A DNA stretch of 64,000 nucleotides, from the NCBI GenBank assembly GCA_035084275.1, contig CM068748.1, positions 4,340,001-4,404,000 of the forward strand. The letters run 5' to 3'. Positions 59,791 through 64,000 of the stretch are shown here, piece after piece. Source of the stretch: Hydrolagus colliei. Its lineage: Eukaryota. The notes under the pieces are model-generated. The model was not told where the DNA came from and did not search any database. It worked only from the letters and a program-made list of their open reading frames with translations. Both the position numbers and the translations under genes were made by a program. Each line of letters opens with the position of its first letter. Positions within the stretch are counted from its first letter, which is position 1.

Positions 59791-62700
59791 TTTTGCCTCC
59801 TCCATTGCCAAGCAACCTTCCAGCATTAACTGCCAAGGGTTACACATGGATAATGAACACTTAAATGTGGTACTTGTGGGTGACCGGCAATGGTGAAACT
59901 GTTCTGAGTAGCTGTTAAAAGAAGGTAAAATGATAAGAGTGGGGATAATTGGAGGAAAAACTTTCTTAAAATAAAAAGTAGATTAAAAATAAAACACCAA
60001 CAAATCATGGATTCCTATCTACCCAATGGTGCTATCTTCCCAACATACCTTAAAGAAATAATGATATCAGTTATCCAGTAGCTTGACAGAAACTGAATTC
60101 ACTGCTAGTGAACAATTATTCTATTCAAATTCTCATTTTATCTTTGCTTAGCCAAATAAGTGAATGTGATCAGTTCTTTGCCAAGTTTCAAAGTATGAAA
60201 GCACAAGACCTTTCCTGCCCATAGACCTCTTCCAGTATATTAACTCTATTGGCTGTCAGGTTGGCTGTCATCGAAGACATTTTTGTGGATTACATTTTTT
60301 TACAGTTCTAGCTAAAGGGCTGTATGAGGTAAGAAGTCCGAAGGTATGAAATGTGCAAGACAGTGAAAAGGAAAACCCAAATAAAAGTGTGAGAGCTACC
60401 AAGCTATATTTTTCTATGATCGCCTTTACTTTTGCTGAGCACAACTCAATCTACTGGTGATTTATTGATAAGGAACGAGAACTGTAACAACTCAGTATAT
60501 TTATCTAGATATATACTAATGGTATGTATGCATATCTTCGCATATGTCAAGCTCTCAGCCAGGATTGGTGACTTATCATGGGGAGAGTGTCTTGGTGATA
60601 AGTCGACATGTGTCAGACACCTAGTAACACAACTGACCAAAGATCTACAGTATTTGACTCAAACTTGATCAATGCATGAAAGGCTTGCTTGTAGAGTGGG
60701 ATAATACTGCAGCACTAATTATTTATAATTAATTAATTGATTCCAACATTATTTTCTTCTAAAAGAGTTAGAACATAGGCTTTGTCCCCAAACTATCAAT
60801 AAAACCAGTCTTCCGTTAGGTGGTTTAATGCATTTTTCCTGTTTTACAAAGACAAAACATTGGAATAAGAACTCAACCACTCAACTGGAACAACACACAT
60901 TTTCCCTTTAGTTTATAATCATTTTTGCAAATGTTATTCACAAAGCTTGACTTAGCATTAAATATGTTGCTCAGCAACACAATAGTAGTGACATACGAAT
61001 GCATTGAAATCCAAGCAGATTCTCATTTCAATATTCCAGCGGTGACACAGCCCTTACTAAAATTAAAATTTTGCACTGACGCACAACCAACAATCGAATA
61101 CTGTAGTGAAATTTTGCTCATGCCTTGTACCTTTGTTACTGTGCATTTTACCTAGACTTAGAGACTCCTAAATGTTCTGGTATAATTTGACATGGTATTG
61201 CATGAATAACACAGACTCCTGATCCTTGTCCACAAAACTGTAAAAGGTGGCAGTCTTCAGGAGAAAAAAAAGTACTTGAATTCAATTGAAGTATAACCAC
61301 AAAACTGGGAAAAGCTAAATTGACACGAAATAGCTGGAACTATATAAGATTGGTTATGCAGGGCTGCATATACAGCACACACTACTTGACAACTCTCTTA
61401 AAATGTAACCTAGCTGGGAGGAGAAGCATTGGAATATTTTGATTAAATTCAGAGGGCAAATTTTAATTTCACACATTTGAAATGCTCTGAATTCCCATGG
61501 ATTTGCACACTAAAAAAACACATTCATATATGGAATTTTTATGCTATGAATAAGCTCTTTGAAAAACAGTATCTGGGCATTTGACCTAGTCAAAACATGT
61601 TTATTACAGTTTAGTGTCACAGTGTGAGAACAGGGTCACACCCATTAACTTGCAAAGAAAGCACAAAGCAGATGTGTTATGTGTCTGTATTTGTAATTAC
61701 TGTAACAGATCTGCCTAATTGATCCCCATCTGTATTTTAATTATGGTCAGAGACTGAGCATTCATATTTAATGTGAAATGCAATAATTTTAAACTATGGG
61801 ACTAATATACATTATTTTCCCCAAAGTGACACACTCAGTTCATTGGAGAAGCCTCAAATGAAAGCAGTTGTCTTGCAGTTTGACGTTTTTGCCTTCAAGT
61901 CAGAAATAAGATGTGAAGCTTGCATATCATCAAAAATACAAAGTCAGATGCAACTTTGCATATCCATTCATAAATAGTGTATTTACATCCTTAAGGTATA
62001 CAGTTACCTGGATTAGAATGAACTGTGCTTTGAAAGTGCAGTAACTGTGCTTACTAAATAGCAATAACCATTTTTCTGTGCATATCATCCCAGCTAAGAC
62101 AGCAAAAAAATCGAACCTTATTTTGTTAAACTCCTAATTTTGAAGGTGCCCAACAAAAGAACTCAATGATCATCTTGAGATAGAATTACTTCAATTTTAT
62201 ATCATTAACGATTGTTTTATCAATTTACCAATGGCTGAATTAAACCAATCATGAAAAGCTCGGGCAATATTAATTCTGAGAACTTTTTTGGCAGGCTATG
62301 CTTAAATTATATACAGAAATTTTAGCTTGCTGAATGCAGCTAGCTATTAGAAGCAAATGCCAAAGTATCCACCTAGTAACTCGTTCTGGCTTGACCCTTT
62401 GTAACATAAGCCAAAAAGTAATCATAAATTCCAAAGTGCAGTATAAAAAACATCATGTGTTCTTCAGCAGCTGAAACGGCATGATGTAGTGTATTTAAAT
62501 TCAAGAATGTGTCAGTAGGACTATTCAAGTAATATTCAAAAATCACAACAGACCAAGAGAAAGAGAGAGAGAGTTTCAACCATTTTAGGAGCAAAGAAGA
62601 AGTGAACTGATGTTTCCAATTAGAAATCATCCAAATGAATGAAGAGTGTTAACAAGACATGTGCTATTCTATTCTGTTTTAATTGTACTGAGAATGAAGT

Positions 62701-64000
62701 CCTGTTGATATACTTTATTTATCACATGTGGTGCAAGTTGCATGTTCACTACCTAGGGAAGCAATGTCGAACTCCAGTGAATTTAAAAATCATATGAAGA
62801 TACAGCTGTTTTTCATTCAACAAACTGTGCTATGTGAACAATTCCAATAGTATGTTTTTTATGCCTTAATTGAATATTGTACCACTGACATTGTGCTATG
62901 AAGGTCCTTTTACTCAAGTCGATAAGTCGTTCATGCCCTTGGTCCTTGTGACTTATGGGTCTCATGGACCAGCAACCAGAATGCACTGCCACCTGTCACA
63001 CTGTGTGTGTGTTGATGATTGCCTTGTTTGTGAAAGTTGACCTCAATCAGCAGTTTACTACAGAATCCAAAGCAACTCAAGAGTATGAAGAGTTGTGATA
63101 CATTGGAGGTTGTGAGGTAATGTGGGAGCCTGCTATGCAACAAGATCACCTAAAAGGGGAGATGGAGTGTAGCTGAGTAGGATGGGCCAAGAGGGTGGTG
63201 GAATCTGAAGATTATAAAAATTACTCAATGACTCTATCCCCTCCCCACCAGCTATCTTGTCTTGGGAATGGAACAAACAAGACATCTAAGCCTGGGTACA
63301 GGCTAAGGTGGTCAAAGCTTGTACTAGACTCAGTGGAGTATGTGCTGTAATCCCATGCTATCTCTCCAAAGGGGTGTTATGACTGGCGATGGAGAGGTTT
63401 GGTAAACTGCGAGTTAAAGCAGAGCGGAGAGAGAATGCGGAATCTGACATCGATCCCAGGCACCTCAGGATTGGCTACAAATGTCTGTTTCTGCCACGAG
63501 CACTACATGGCTGTTCATATCTTTGCCTTGTATTCTTTACCATCTGTTTGTAAACCATGTCTATCTCTGTGGATTCAGAATATGTCTATCTAACGTAAAA
63601 CACGCTTTTTAAATGTAATTTGTTATGGTCATTGGTCAGGCTACATTTTATTTGACACACTCAATATGAAAGAAAAATAGTCTACTGCCTTTCCACCAGT
63701 TATCTGATTGATATAGTAACTATTCTGGTCAAATTGTGGGTATTTAGATTTTTTGTTTTGTTATGAATTCTAAAATAATGGATATTCAGCCTGCTGTCCA
63801 CAAAGGGGTTCCAAATCGCAAGGTTACATTTGTAACTTACTCACGCTTTGCTAGTTCACCTTTGTGGTGTCATTAGTGCCCTTTAATCGTGTAACTGACT
63901 GCTACCCATCAAATCCTCTTACTTGTACTATGATGCTGGTTACCAAACCAAAAGTGGAACCTTTGACGTGACCCAGCATGACCTTCTGAGTACTTCAAGG

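Noticed and set aside
63040-63190. Ancient L2 fragment on the minus strand
   Set aside because: Only vague PILLS and PHYL motif similarity; too weak to list as a feature
94-63593. Six-frame ORFs of 60-132 aa as standalone genes
   Set aside because: Short, often non-ATG starts, many overlap SINE/LINE copies, and none resembles a cellular protein; expected by chance

Overview
AT-rich, CpG-depleted vertebrate non-coding DNA with no long ORF. None of the six-frame ORFs is a recognisable intact gene, and most overlap repeats. The repeat content points to a cartilaginous fish, probably a chimaera such as Callorhinchus milii (inference from memory of repeat families, not a search). It comprises about 25 copies of a tRNA-headed, Deu-domain SINE with an (ATT)n L2-type tail, older DeuSINE and LF-SINE-like copies, L2 3' ends with (GTT)n tails, CR1 3' ends and a shark-type Penelope-like repeat. 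I also find a decayed Gypsy integrase, a Tigger-like MITE and several hairpins and short duplications. Repeat-poor, TAAT-rich blocks (about 36-39.5, 42-43, 45.5-50.4, 53-55 and 60-64 kb) look like an enhancer landscape in a large intron or gene desert. Several short segments have good splice signals, mostly on the minus strand, but I cannot name a gene. I found no convincing novel biological system. The best leads are an L2-junction duplication, a cryptic tandem array, a perfect-hairpin cluster and the candidate exon chain. Repeat boundaries were set by eye.
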